From Promethearchaeota archaeon (GTDB taxonomy: Archaea; Asgardarchaeota; Lokiarchaeia; Sigyniarchaeales; SOKP01): a stretch of 64,000 bases of DNA. The DNA is taken from NCBI GenBank assembly GCA_011364925.1, contig RDOA01000015.1, positions 1 through 64,000 of the forward strand. The letters are read 5' to 3'. The notes beneath the pieces were generated by a model. That model was not told the DNA's origin. It saw nothing but the letters and a program-made list of their open reading frames with translations, and searched no databases. The translations under genes and the position numbers were made by a program. Positions 50,503 to 60,663 of the stretch are shown one piece after another (position 1 is the first letter of the stretch; every line of letters starts with the position of its first letter).

Positions 50503-50958
50503 TCAAAAAATTGACCGGAATCTATCTTCGGTTTTTAGTTTTAAATCTCCTATTATTTCATTAATTCGAACTTCAAATTTTTGAAAGAATTTTTCTTTTT
50601 TTGAGAAAATATCGTTAAGAGAGTATCTATTTAAAAAACGGGAATTAACTTCCCTTAGATGTTTCTTTACAATGGTTGAATCTGTTTCTTTTTCAGTTAT
50701 TGCGAAAGATATCAAAGGTTGCTTGTTCGATTCGTCGTCTGGTAAAGAGATTAAATCACAATAACATACCAGTTTAAATGAGGCTAGAGAAATGACATTT
50801 ATATCATCACCAAATACTTCTGATGTGAAACTTTCGAGAGCAGAGAGAAAACCGGCTCTTAATTCGGGATCTAACCCCACTCCAGTATCTGAATCATAAT
50901 ACTTTATATTTAAAAGATTCCGTATCCCTAAATTTATTCCAAGTTCTAAGATGGCCAT
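50503..50958 (-). CDS. Stand-alone longin-like domain protein
   Basis: LDPELRAGFLSALESFTSEVFG...HLREVNSRFLNRY...F..F. Confidence 0.7.
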   Translation of the reverse strand: MAILELGINLGIRNLLNIKYYDSDTGVGLDPELRAGFLSALESFTSEVFGDDINVISLASFKLVCYCDLISLPDDESNKQPLISFAITEKETDSTIVKKHLREVNSRFLNRYSLNDIFSKKEKFFQKFEVRINEIIGDLKLKTEDRFRSIF

Positions 50959-51059
50959 TTTTCAAATTAGGTCAAATTTTAATTCTAACCTTATTAGGTT
51001 GTAAGTATAATAATAACTTTTTTGTTTTTTGATATAATATAATCGAGGTTTTATTAAAG

Positions 51060-51917
51060 TCATAGATTCATTTGGTTTTTATACGCATAGAAAGTGTTTT
51101 GTAGTAAGAAGCTAACAGTCATAGGACCCACGCCCCCGGGATTAGGTGTAATCCATGAGCACTTATCGAACACACCTTCATAGTCAACATCACCGCATGT
51201 TTTTCCGTTAACTCTATTCGTTCCTACATCTAGAATAACAACGCCTTCTTTTATTTTCTCTTTAGTTATGAAATTGGGTTGACCTACTGCGACTATTAAA
51301 AGATCTGCTTTCTTAATAAACTCATTTATATTCACTGTTGATGTATGGCAGATCGAAACAGTAGCATTTCTTTTTAAAAGCATAAATACTAATGGTTTAC
51401 CTACTAAATTAGACCGATTAATAATGACAGCGTATTTTCCTTTGATTTCTACATTATAGTGTTCTAAAAGAGAGATTATCCCTTTTGGAGTACATGGTAC
51501 GAGATCTTCCTTGTAGTCAAATAATTTCCCCCGATTGAACGGATGAAGTCCATCTACATCTTTTTGAGGACTTATTTTCTCAATAAATTCATTAGTAGAA
51601 TCTTTTAGTTCCTTTGGAAGAGGAAGTTGTAAAATTATACCATGAACAGAATTATCTTCATTGAACCGTTTTATTTCATTTAGTAAGGTTTCTTTTGAAG
51701 TCTCTTTCTCAAGATTTACAAGTAATGAATCTATTCCAACTTCAGAACAAGTTCTTCTCTTGATATTTAAATACAATTCTGAAGCAGGATTATTACCAAC
51801 AAGAATGCCCGCTAATTTTGGTTTCACACCAGTTTTTTTGGAAATCAATAGTACTTTCTCTTTTAATTCCAAGTTTAATTTTTGCGACAAGAGCTTTCCG
51901 TCTAATACTTTTCCCAT
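51060..51917 (-). CDS. folD: Methylenetetrahydrofolate dehydrogenase/cyclohydrolase
   Basis: KDVDG, PCTP, NRSNLVGKP and PGGVGPMT. Confidence 0.96.
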   Translation of the reverse strand: MGKVLDGKLLSQKLNLELKEKVLLISKKTGVKPKLAGILVGNNPASELYLNIKRRTCSEVGIDSLLVNLEKETSKETLLNEIKRFNEDNSVHGIILQLPLPKELKDSTNEFIEKISPQKDVDGLHPFNRGKLFDYKEDLVPCTPKGIISLLEHYNVEIKGKYAVIINRSNLVGKPLVFMLLKRNATVSICHTSTVNINEFIKKADLLIVAVGQPNFITKEKIKEGVVILDVGTNRVNGKTCGDVDYEGVFDKCSWITPNPGGVGPMTVSFLLQNTFYAYKNQMNL

Positions 51918-52020
51918 AATAATCTTTACTATCGAAAGTGTTAACTTAATTTAAATTATAAACAAGGTTTTAATAGAAATAAAAAGAATTATTATAAGCT
52001 TATTAAATGATAAAAAGAGT

Positions 52021-53130
52021 TTAAATTCTTCGACGACGCTGAATTATGTAAGCAATCAAAACAATTGCTCCAATAACTGTTAATAATATAATTAAAATTA
52101 TATAATTAAACTCGACCATGAATATATCTTCGTTCAATAAATCTAATAAACCTAGTGATTGTAAAATCTTGAATGCAGAATAAGTTGTACCAATAGAAGA
52201 AAATTTTTGATCAGTCCCTTCAATCGAATCGCCAAAACCACCATCAAGAAAATTTTGATGTTTTAAGACCCAATTTGAGGTTGCGTCTTTATTTAATTCA
52301 TTTATATCTATAATTTTAATTCCTTCAACGCAGAGAAGGGTACTTCCTAATAATGTAACTTCAGAAAATAGATCTGGTAAATATCCACCATAGTTATCAA
52401 GATTATTAGAATCTCCGATATAAAGCGACTTAAAGTAATCGAGTGTCGCAGTTGTGTTTACTAAATTACTAATTGTACCTAATTCGGTTGTTAAATAAAC
52501 CGCAAAATTGGTTGTTGTTAAAGTAGATGGTAGAGTTTGGTTTCCTCCATAGCCACCATCAGAATTATAGCATGATGAGATCCAATTTAAATGTGTTGTC
52601 TTATTTTTGACTGGTTCATTAAGCAAAGAATATATATTATAAATGTAGTATGTTGAAACCATGTTAGCATGCCCAGATTCGTTTGTGGGACTAAATCCTC
52701 CACCAATTTGGTAAGTTTCATTTATATATCTATAAATTTTATTATGAAGAGATGTATTTAATGCTGTACTTAATGGTTCCAATACATTTAAAGCTTCTAA
52801 GTTATATTTTATAGTGTATATATCGATTGTTTCAGAAGAAAACATTTGATTAATTTCATTTTTAAGGTAATTTTTCAATTTGAGGATGTCAACGCTTTTG
52901 GTCCCGCTAAATGCGTTATAATAGGCTATAATTTCTATTGCATTAGCAGTTTCTTGGGAATTAACGCCAAAACTTTGATCTTTATGTTGATATTTGTAAA
53001 TAAAATCAACTAGATAACTCTCACGGGTTTTCGCGAGCACGATAGGAGTGATACTTAACATTACTATAATAACTAAAAACACAAATGATAAATTTCGAAC
53101 TCTCTTATTCAAATCGAAGTGAAACCCCAA
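52021..53130 (-). CDS. Membrane-anchored, probably extracellular prenyltransferase/squalene-cyclase-repeat protein
   Basis: N-terminal signal; repeats GGFS, CYNSDGGYG, GGY and QNFLDGGFG; C-terminal TM plus RRRRI. Confidence 0.78.
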   Translation of the reverse strand: MGFHFDLNKRVRNLSFVFLVIIVMLSITPIVLAKTRESYLVDFIYKYQHKDQSFGVNSQETANAIEIIAYYNAFSGTKSVDILKLKNYLKNEINQMFSSETIDIYTIKYNLEALNVLEPLSTALNTSLHNKIYRYINETYQIGGGFSPTNESGHANMVSTYYIYNIYSLLNEPVKNKTTHLNWISSCYNSDGGYGGNQTLPSTLTTTNFAVYLTTELGTISNLVNTTATLDYFKSLYIGDSNNLDNYGGYLPDLFSEVTLLGSTLLCVEGIKIIDINELNKDATSNWVLKHQNFLDGGFGDSIEGTDQKFSSIGTTYSAFKILQSLGLLDLLNEDIFMVEFNYIILIILLTVIGAIVLIAYIIQRRRRI

Positions 53131-53259
53131 TCTGGTTTTAACTAAAATTTTAATTTTTTAAATTTAACGTATAATTAAAAATTAACGATCTTTTGTGTTT
53201 TCAGTCAGATTATCTAAGAAATTATATTAGAATAAGATGTAATTTGATAGAAGGTTAAA

Positions 53260-54786
53260 CTAAAAAATTTCACTTATGCTCTTGTATAGAGTAGCACTAT
53301 TGGACTGAAATTGTTCGTGGGTTACAAATAAACTTTGAAAGCTTGGAAGACTCCCAAGTATGCTCGCACCATTAAATATAGCAAACTGTAAGTTTTCTGG
53401 GACAAAAAATCTTAAAACTTCTTCTGATGATTCGTAGAAACCTGAAAATTCTTTTGCAGGTGTAGTATTCTTAATAATCTCGGGAGGAATCTCTGGAATT
53501 CTTGTTGTTTGAATACTTGCTCCACAATACGGACAAAAAAATGACTTAACGTCTTCAATTTCTTTATTACAATTAGAACATAAAATTTTGCCACCTTCAA
53601 GCTTGGAATTTTTAGCCATTTTTACACCTCCAATTGTAAGTTCTGGTAATGCGATTCGACCGTTACAAGATGGACAAAATTCTTTACCATCTGTAAGATC
53701 TACAAGCGTACCACAATGTGGGCATGTATCTTCCTTCTTTTGCGATTTTTCCTTTGGTTTTAACTTTTGCCTTCCTTCCCGCGAAGGTTGAGTAATTTTA
53801 GGTTTAGGGATCTTTCCTAATTGAGGGAGTAATTGGTTTAATTCTAATCTCAGTCTCTCTTCAAATCCAGAATATGAGAGATTTCCACCCGAAATCATAA
53901 TATGAGAAAGAAGATCACTCCAGAAGTATTTATCGATTCCTTGTAAACTATTTATCATTGCCTCTGGTATATTCATAATATTATATCCCAATAAATTAGG
54001 CTTAAACATTACCTCTGGAGCTTCATGGAAAATATAATTTGGAATATTAATGTTTGAACCATCTGGCATCGCAAAACTATAACTTTCATCTACTTTTGGA
54101 GGGTTCTCGGGATCTAAAGCAAAAAAACAATTCTTTTCTTTGATATCTTTAACTATTTCATCTACAGCGCTTGATTCTATATTGATCCCTTCTCTCATAA
54201 GCAAATTTTTTAAATGCTGATTTACATCTATACCAGCTAAAGTTAATTTTTGGACTGATTGCTCAACCATTTCTCCATTTAGAATCGGGCATACCCAAGT
54301 TATCCCATCACCACTTTCTACAACAATTCCAGTCGTAAGACCTACACTGAATAGTGAAAGTATTGGTGTTGGGATCATTATTAAACTTTTTACTCTATGC
54401 GTTTCAAACAAAACTCGGGCAATGTATTCCTTAGTCTCTCGTTGAACAAATGGAGATTCAGTATATAACACGGGATAATTAGCCATGTTTTCGATTCTAA
54501 GTAACGAATAAAAGATGTAATTTAATATTTCATAGTAGTCGTTCCAATCCGTTATCGCACCTCGTTCGATTGGGTGCTTTATTTTTAGAACACCTCTCAT
54601 TTTTGAAGCGTCTGATCCAATATATATATTTCGAGCTCCCACATCAACCATCACAGCTTTATATTTTTCTGTACCTGTGATTGTGGGGAACACAAATCTA
54701 GGACTGGGCTCTCCTGCGAATCCTATTTTAGTGTAGGCTGATCCAATGTCAACAATAATCGGAGTTCCGGGTAATGGGATTGCCAT
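53260..54786 (-). CDS. Actin-related protein with a double zinc-ribbon insertion
   Basis: DIGSAYTKIGFAGE..PRFVFP, PIERG, ESGDG, IKEK, PDG, PE..F.P, SGG and GASILGSL; four CxxC in the insert. Confidence 0.92.
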   Translation of the reverse strand: MAIPLPGTPIIVDIGSAYTKIGFAGEPSPRFVFPTITGTEKYKAVMVDVGARNIYIGSDASKMRGVLKIKHPIERGAITDWNDYYEILNYIFYSLLRIENMANYPVLYTESPFVQRETKEYIARVLFETHRVKSLIMIPTPILSLFSVGLTTGIVVESGDGITWVCPILNGEMVEQSVQKLTLAGIDVNQHLKNLLMREGINIESSAVDEIVKDIKEKNCFFALDPENPPKVDESYSFAMPDGSNINIPNYIFHEAPEVMFKPNLLGYNIMNIPEAMINSLQGIDKYFWSDLLSHIMISGGNLSYSGFEERLRLELNQLLPQLGKIPKPKITQPSREGRQKLKPKEKSQKKEDTCPHCGTLVDLTDGKEFCPSCNGRIALPELTIGGVKMAKNSKLEGGKILCSNCNKEIEDVKSFFCPYCGASIQTTRIPEIPPEIIKNTTPAKEFSGFYESSEEVLRFFVPENLQFAIFNGASILGSLPSFQSLFVTHEQFQSNSATLYKSISEIF

Positions 54787-54989
54787 GCTATGATCAATTA
54801 AATTTTTTAAAGTTCTATGTTCTTTTATATAAATCTCTTAATATAAGTATTAGTAAAATACTATTATAAATTGATTTTCCTTAATTAAATAATTTTTCCA
54901 AAAGAAGAAAGATATTTTGAAATATTAAATTAGGATGAATACCTTATTAGTGAGAGAATTAGGCAATACTTTTTTTGTCAAGAATAAAT

Positions 54990-55412
54990 TTACTCGATTT
55001 TTAAAGATTTTTCTAACTTCTTTTCTATATCTTCTAGCTCCACGAAAAGAGTTTTATAAGTTTTAAGTAAATAGTGACCCCAATCGTTTAATTTAACCCA
55101 TCCTCCTCCACCAAGACCCCCTTTTTTGGTTTCTACGGGTGATCTTCCTGATCGCTCTTTAATTTTTTTTAAGATATTCCACGCATATTTATAAGAGTAT
55201 CCACATTCCATTGCCGCTTTGGTTAATGATTTGGGCTCACCCATATCAGCATCATTAATAGAATCAAGTAATTTAGCCCAGCCTGATCCTAATATGTTTT
55301 TGCGATCCTCATCTTGAAATTCTAACCAAAATTTAATACCAAAACCAATTTTACTTTTTAATTTTTCAAAGTTCGAGTTTTTACTCAATTTTTCACTAGA
55401 TGGATCTTCCAT
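54990..55412 (-). CDS. ModE-family winged-helix regulator
   Basis: ILGSG..LL..I, SLTKAA..GYSYKYAW and GG.GGGG..L..G. Confidence 0.88.
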   Translation of the reverse strand: MEDPSSEKLSKNSNFEKLKSKIGFGIKFWLEFQDEDRKNILGSGWAKLLDSINDADMGEPKSLTKAAMECGYSYKYAWNILKKIKERSGRSPVETKKGGLGGGGWVKLNDWGHYLLKTYKTLFVELEDIEKKLEKSLKIE

Positions 55413-55506
55413 ATTAATTAATTGATTTCCTCGTTTTAATTGTTTTTTATAGGAGTAAAGAGAAAAACATTAAAGTTAAGTCAATTTTTATTTTGTAAAA
55501 TACCGA

Positions 55507-56271
55507 TTGGTGTCGAACATGTTTTTTTCTGGTTCAGAGAGTCCAGCAAAAAGAGGACAAAAAGTAATTGGAGAAGTCTATTATTTTGAAGAAAATCCGA
55601 TGCTAGACTGTAATCAATTCGTGATAAACGACAGAAAAACTGGGGAGCTCGCACTTTTTGATTCTGGAAACGGTATATCCTTAAAAAGCCTATTCGAAGG
55701 TATGAAAACATTGGGATTAAATTATCAAAATATAACTAAAGTATATCTAACACACGAGCATGTAGATCATGTTCTTGGGTTATATCCACTTATGAACATT
55801 TTGAAAAATAATCCCCCCGAATTGCACGCGTATGGTGAAACAGCTAAGATCTTGCGTGAGGGAGATGAATCAAAAATCTTTCCGGGAAATCTAGGAATCA
55901 GCCCTAAAATGTTTGGTTTAGAAATTAACCCTTTAGCTATCAATGAACTTGATATTAATGAACCTATTCAAATAGGGTCAGAAATCTCGTTTCAAGTTTA
56001 TTATACTCCTGGTCACTCGCTAGGTTCAATTTCTTACTATGAACCAAATAAAAAAATCCTAATTCCCGGAGATTTAGTGTTTACAGGAGGGAGTTTTGGA
56101 AGATACGATTTTCCAGGGGGATCTTTAGGCGCGTTAATTGAATCTATTAAGTTTGTTAATGAATTGGATGTAAAATATTTACTTCCAGGACATATGGGGA
56201 TAAGTGACAATGGAAACCAACAAATCGATTATTCCTACAAAATGGTTCAATCACTTAAAAACTACTTTTAA
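55507..56271 (+). CDS. MBL-fold metallo-hydrolase
   Basis: THEHVDH, TPGHS, GD and PGH. Confidence 0.92.
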   Translation: MVSNMFFSGSESPAKRGQKVIGEVYYFEENPMLDCNQFVINDRKTGELALFDSGNGISLKSLFEGMKTLGLNYQNITKVYLTHEHVDHVLGLYPLMNILKNNPPELHAYGETAKILREGDESKIFPGNLGISPKMFGLEINPLAINELDINEPIQIGSEISFQVYYTPGHSLGSISYYEPNKKILIPGDLVFTGGSFGRYDFPGGSLGALIESIKFVNELDVKYLLPGHMGISDNGNQQIDYSYKMVQSLKNYF

Positions 56272-56427
56272 CATTTAATACATACAGCCCAACTATTTCA
56301 TCTAATTATGAATCTAAAAAACCTAAATTCATATCTCTCTTGATATGTAATTGATAAGAACATTTTTTAAGTCAGATTCTATATAAAAGTTAATCACTAC
56401 ATTAAAAAAAATATCAAATTATAATTT

Positions 56428-57099
56428 GTGATTAAAATGTCTGAAAAAAAAGAAAAAGCGGTAACTGAAATTTATCTTAGATCGTACCCAAAAGTTATCT
56501 TTTTTTGGCCAACGGCACTTGTATCGTTAGTACTATGGCTTTTGCAATTGATTTATCCAACACCCGTTGCGTGGTTCGGGAATGTCTGGCTAATAGTATT
56601 TTTTGTAAATATGTTTATCGTAGCGTTCGATTTTAGCAGTACGAAATTTTTTGTTTTAATCCTTGTTGTCGTAGTTGTGATTATACTCCTGATTTTCCTT
56701 GTACCAGATTTATTTTCTGGAATTGGGACAGGATCATTTAATCCAGGATTGACTGCAGAATTCTATTTTGTTGTCACAATCATAATGGCATTTATTTTAG
56801 GGCTTGTTGTATTGGGATCTCGATTCGACTATTGGAAAATTGAAAGAAATGAGATTTACCATAAAACTGGAATCTTCTCAAGTGCAGAAAGAATTCCTAC
56901 AAAAAGCCTTAGAATTAAGAAGGAAATCCCAGATGTATTTGAATTTTTCATCCTACGTGCAGGCTCAATTACGCTTATGCCAGGCCATGGTGATGTCATC
57001 CCCTTACAAACCGTGCTTAATGTCAACAAAAAGCAGAAACAGATTGACTTCTTATTAAGTTACGTTTCAGTAGAACCCGATGAAGTAGACAACATATAA
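56428..57099 (+). CDS. 4-TM membrane protein with a C-terminal bacterial-PH-like domain
   Basis: Four hydrophobic helices, then YWKI..NEI..KTGIF...FE..L.AGSITL. Confidence 0.65.
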   Translation: MIKMSEKKEKAVTEIYLRSYPKVIFFWPTALVSLVLWLLQLIYPTPVAWFGNVWLIVFFVNMFIVAFDFSSTKFFVLILVVVVVIILLIFLVPDLFSGIGTGSFNPGLTAEFYFVVTIIMAFILGLVVLGSRFDYWKIERNEIYHKTGIFSSAERIPTKSLRIKKEIPDVFEFFILRAGSITLMPGHGDVIPLQTVLNVNKKQKQIDFLLSYVSVEPDEVDNI

Positions 57100-57165
57100 A
57101 ATTGCATTTTTTTTTTTATTTTTTAATTAAATTTATGAAGTAATCTATATTTTTAAGTAATATTA

Positions 57166-57891
57166 ATGACATATCCTCTTATCTTATTATTCGATTTTGA
57201 CGGCGTAGTAATTACTCAAAAAGCTCTTGAATTTACTGCTTTAAAATTTCTTAAAAAAGAATTTTATAACTGGAAAAATACTGAATCATTAAGATTAATA
57301 GATTTTGCTCGGCTATTTGAGGAATCAGACTCCAGTAATAGATTAAAAGCACTTTTTAATGTTTATCGCGTATATAAAAATTATATCCCAAGTCGATGGA
57401 GGCGGATCTTATTTTTTATAAAATTTAGGAGAACTTATCCAAAATATGAAAAATATGAGACTCTTAAACCTAACTTGAAGGATACATTACTAGAATTAAA
57501 AAAAAAAGGAGTAATATTTGGGATTGTATCTAATACAAGTGGAGAAAGAATAGCTTTTTTCAGAAAGGAATTAAATTTAGATGAGTATTTTTCCGTTTAT
57601 ATTACTCGTGATGATTCAATAATAAGGAAACCTCATGCTTATCCCGTTTTAATTGCGTTAAGGCAAATCAAAAGAGTTTTAGATGTCCCTATAGATAAGT
57701 CAAAGGTGTACCTAATTGGAGACCTTCCAACTGATATCGAATGCGCAATCAATGCGGGAGTGAAGAGTATTGCGCTACTTTCAGGTCATGGCACTCAAAC
57801 TGACTTGGAAATGGCTAATCCAACGATTGTTCTTCAAGAAATTAAGGATATTTTAGAGATTGACCCATTCAAAAATTTATTATTAGATTAA
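57166..57891 (+). CDS. HAD family hydrolase
   Basis: FDFDGV, VSN, KP and IGD..TD. Confidence 0.92.
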   Translation: MTYPLILLFDFDGVVITQKALEFTALKFLKKEFYNWKNTESLRLIDFARLFEESDSSNRLKALFNVYRVYKNYIPSRWRRILFFIKFRRTYPKYEKYETLKPNLKDTLLELKKKGVIFGIVSNTSGERIAFFRKELNLDEYFSVYITRDDSIIRKPHAYPVLIALRQIKRVLDVPIDKSKVYLIGDLPTDIECAINAGVKSIALLSGHGTQTDLEMANPTIVLQEIKDILEIDPFKNLLLD

Positions 57892-57910
57892 TTATTAAAT
57901 CTCTTTAATA

Positions 57911-60646
57911 ATGTTTAATCTGGAAGAGTTTGAACAAGATCAAGTAGTATATCCTCTCGTTGAAAAACTTAGTAAGTTACTTGAAAAGAATAAGATTGAT
58001 AAGATTGAAAAAGTGATTAAACAGTTAGAAGAACTTTTAAGAGAGGAAGAGCATGCCACAACTGTTTCCTATATTCTTAGTATCATAGCAGAAATCAATC
58101 CTAACTTAATTAGTGAGAGTATACTTACTGAACTAGAAAGCTATATTACCACGGGCAATCCAAAATTAAAAATTAATACATTCATTATAATTGGATTTGC
58201 AATGCTTTCAGATCAGAAATATCTTGATAGGTATTTACCAGAATTTATTCTCCATCTAAAAGATTTAAACAAAGATGTGCGAGGTAATATCTATTACTTT
58301 TTACAGGAGGTTGGAAATTCTAAGCCTGAAAGGTTATGCGCTTATAAAATTGATATTATAAATGCGTTAAAAACCGAAAATGTTGAAGAGAATCTAATTT
58401 CGCTAATGAGTTTTCTTGAAAAATGTACGCAATTTGACTTTGAAAACTTATACAATGTTAGAGAAGTTTTAAAAACACTCGTTAAACGGTATTATTCCAC
58501 TGACTCTTCTGCAATTTATAATAAAATATTAAATCTAGTGAAAAAGTTATTTCCATCCATTAATGATTTAAACGTTGAGGATTATGGATTAGATCAGATT
58601 TTAGACGCTGTTCAGAATTGCTTTTTAATGAAGAAACACAATTTTACTGAGATATCTGAGTCACTAAATGTTGATTTAAAAGATTACATTAAAAATTTGA
58701 GTGAGAAAGACCATAACGACCGAAAGATATCTTTTTACATAAACCAAAAGGAACAAAAAGAAACATATATCTATGAACTTGAGAAGGAAAAACTATTAGA
58801 TTTATTCGGAAAGGAAGAAAAATTACAAAAAAAGAATATTCTTCGGGTTTTTTCTCCGATTATTCATACAGAGCCCGAATTAAGACAATTTATAAATATG
58901 TTAATTAAACTAGGGCATATAAAAGGATTTTATTCAAAATTGGGTTTCTTTTACTCGTATAATTATTTAAAATCAGAAATATTAAATGATTTTTATAATC
59001 ATGGAACAATTGATCTTACGAAATTTGACTATTTCCCCCCTGAATTCGTTAATAATATTATAAGAGATATATCAGATCTAACTAAACAAGTATTTCTGAT
59101 GGGGAAAAATAACACTACTTACTATTCTTTAAAAAAAATTCAACAAGAAATTAACACTGAAGCAGCGAAGAATACTATTATTGATTTAAAAGAATACCGT
59201 GAACATCTATTAGAAAAGGATTTTATTCGACTGATCAAAAATCTCCCAAAGGGTTATTTAACTTTCTTTAGATCAGGGACTCAATGGTTAACAAATGTTG
59301 GATTATTGAAGGTTAAAAAAGAGATTGAAAATTCTAAACTTATTGGATATTATTCAATTCCAATGCTCTCAGAAAAATTACATGTTAAAAGAGAGTTGTT
59401 AGTTCAAGTTCTTGAGACCTTCATTGATATTAGAAGTGGAATATTCGATAAAAACAAGGAAATTTTCTATTATACTAAGTTTCTAAATCAGGAGATCGAG
59501 AAAATTAACACGATAATAGATCAAAACGAGAGAGAGAAACAAATAAACTTAATGGCAAAAAATTTAAACATCGATAGGAGTCATATCATTACAAAATTGG
59601 ACGAGAATTTAAAATCAATAGGGGAAGAAATTAAGGAGATGGACACGATCAAAATTAACGATTATATTGAAAAAACAGGCATGTCCTATAACCTGTTTAT
59701 CGAATTTATCAATGATCTCGGTTTAAATTATTTCAAGAAAGGAGGCGAACTCATTTTTAAGGAGAGTAAAATCGAAGAATCTAAGCACAATATTAAACTA
59801 ATGCTGATTAATAAATCTAAATCTGAGGACATCATACATTTGGGAGATCTCGATGTTACTTCTAGTATCGTTGAGGAATTACTTAAGGAGCTCCAAAACG
59901 ATGAAAAAGTTAATGGAGTTTTTCATTTTCACGACGGGGAGCTAATTTTTTACACTGAAAAAGGAATTGAAAATTTAATGTTGGAAAATAGTTTCATGTT
60001 TTCATTTAATGATTTTTTTTACGATAAAATCTTGGATGATAAAGAAATAGAAACTTTATTATCTATTTTTAATAAGTTGGTTAGTAAGAAGCTTTTGAAA
60101 GGCACTTTTGATAATGATTCGTTAACATTTGCCAGTTCTGATGTAATCTTCGCACAAGATTATAATAAAATTTTATCTCAATTCGAAAAAATAGTAACAG
60201 AATATACGACGATTTTTAAAACTGAATTTGAAAAGATTAAGAAGATTTTGACTAAATCTAAAGAAACGATATTTCCTCAAGAAATTAAATTTATCCAAGA
60301 AAGAATTGATTTGATCAACGAAAAGTATATACATTGGAGAAACGGAATAGAATCGTTTGTAAGAAAAGCTAATGCTTCACTCCTAAAGAAGCAAGGGTTT
60401 ACCATCAAAAAATACAAAACTATGACGATTTCAGCAGAAAAAAAAGATGAAATTAAGTATTTTGAAGAAGATCCATATATTCTTGATTTAATTTCTGAGT
60501 TTAATAAATGGGTAAAAGCATTCAATGAGTTAGAATTAAAATATGGGAATGTAATATTTTATCAAAAAAGATTAATAAATGATGCAGATAATAAGGACAG
60601 TAGGAAAGTATTAGATGATTTATTGAAGAAATTAAACTTAATCTAA
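57911..60646 (+). CDS. HEAT-repeat protein with tandem winged-helix (UFL1/PCI-like) repeats
   Basis: N-terminal HEAT-like helices (DLNKDVRGN); repeated units ending IKGFY, RSGIF, VNGVF and LKGTF. Confidence 0.7.
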   Translation: MFNLEEFEQDQVVYPLVEKLSKLLEKNKIDKIEKVIKQLEELLREEEHATTVSYILSIIAEINPNLISESILTELESYITTGNPKLKINTFIIIGFAMLSDQKYLDRYLPEFILHLKDLNKDVRGNIYYFLQEVGNSKPERLCAYKIDIINALKTENVEENLISLMSFLEKCTQFDFENLYNVREVLKTLVKRYYSTDSSAIYNKILNLVKKLFPSINDLNVEDYGLDQILDAVQNCFLMKKHNFTEISESLNVDLKDYIKNLSEKDHNDRKISFYINQKEQKETYIYELEKEKLLDLFGKEEKLQKKNILRVFSPIIHTEPELRQFINMLIKLGHIKGFYSKLGFFYSYNYLKSEILNDFYNHGTIDLTKFDYFPPEFVNNIIRDISDLTKQVFLMGKNNTTYYSLKKIQQEINTEAAKNTIIDLKEYREHLLEKDFIRLIKNLPKGYLTFFRSGTQWLTNVGLLKVKKEIENSKLIGYYSIPMLSEKLHVKRELLVQVLETFIDIRSGIFDKNKEIFYYTKFLNQEIEKINTIIDQNEREKQINLMAKNLNIDRSHIITKLDENLKSIGEEIKEMDTIKINDYIEKTGMSYNLFIEFINDLGLNYFKKGGELIFKESKIEESKHNIKLMLINKSKSEDIIHLGDLDVTSSIVEELLKELQNDEKVNGVFHFHDGELIFYTEKGIENLMLENSFMFSFNDFFYDKILDDKEIETLLSIFNKLVSKKLLKGTFDNDSLTFASSDVIFAQDYNKILSQFEKIVTEYTTIFKTEFEKIKKILTKSKETIFPQEIKFIQERIDLINEKYIHWRNGIESFVRKANASLLKKQGFTIKKYKTMTISAEKKDEIKYFEEDPYILDLISEFNKWVKAFNELELKYGNVIFYQKRLINDADNKDSRKVLDDLLKKLNLI

Positions 60647-60663
60647 ACAATTATAATTATCAC

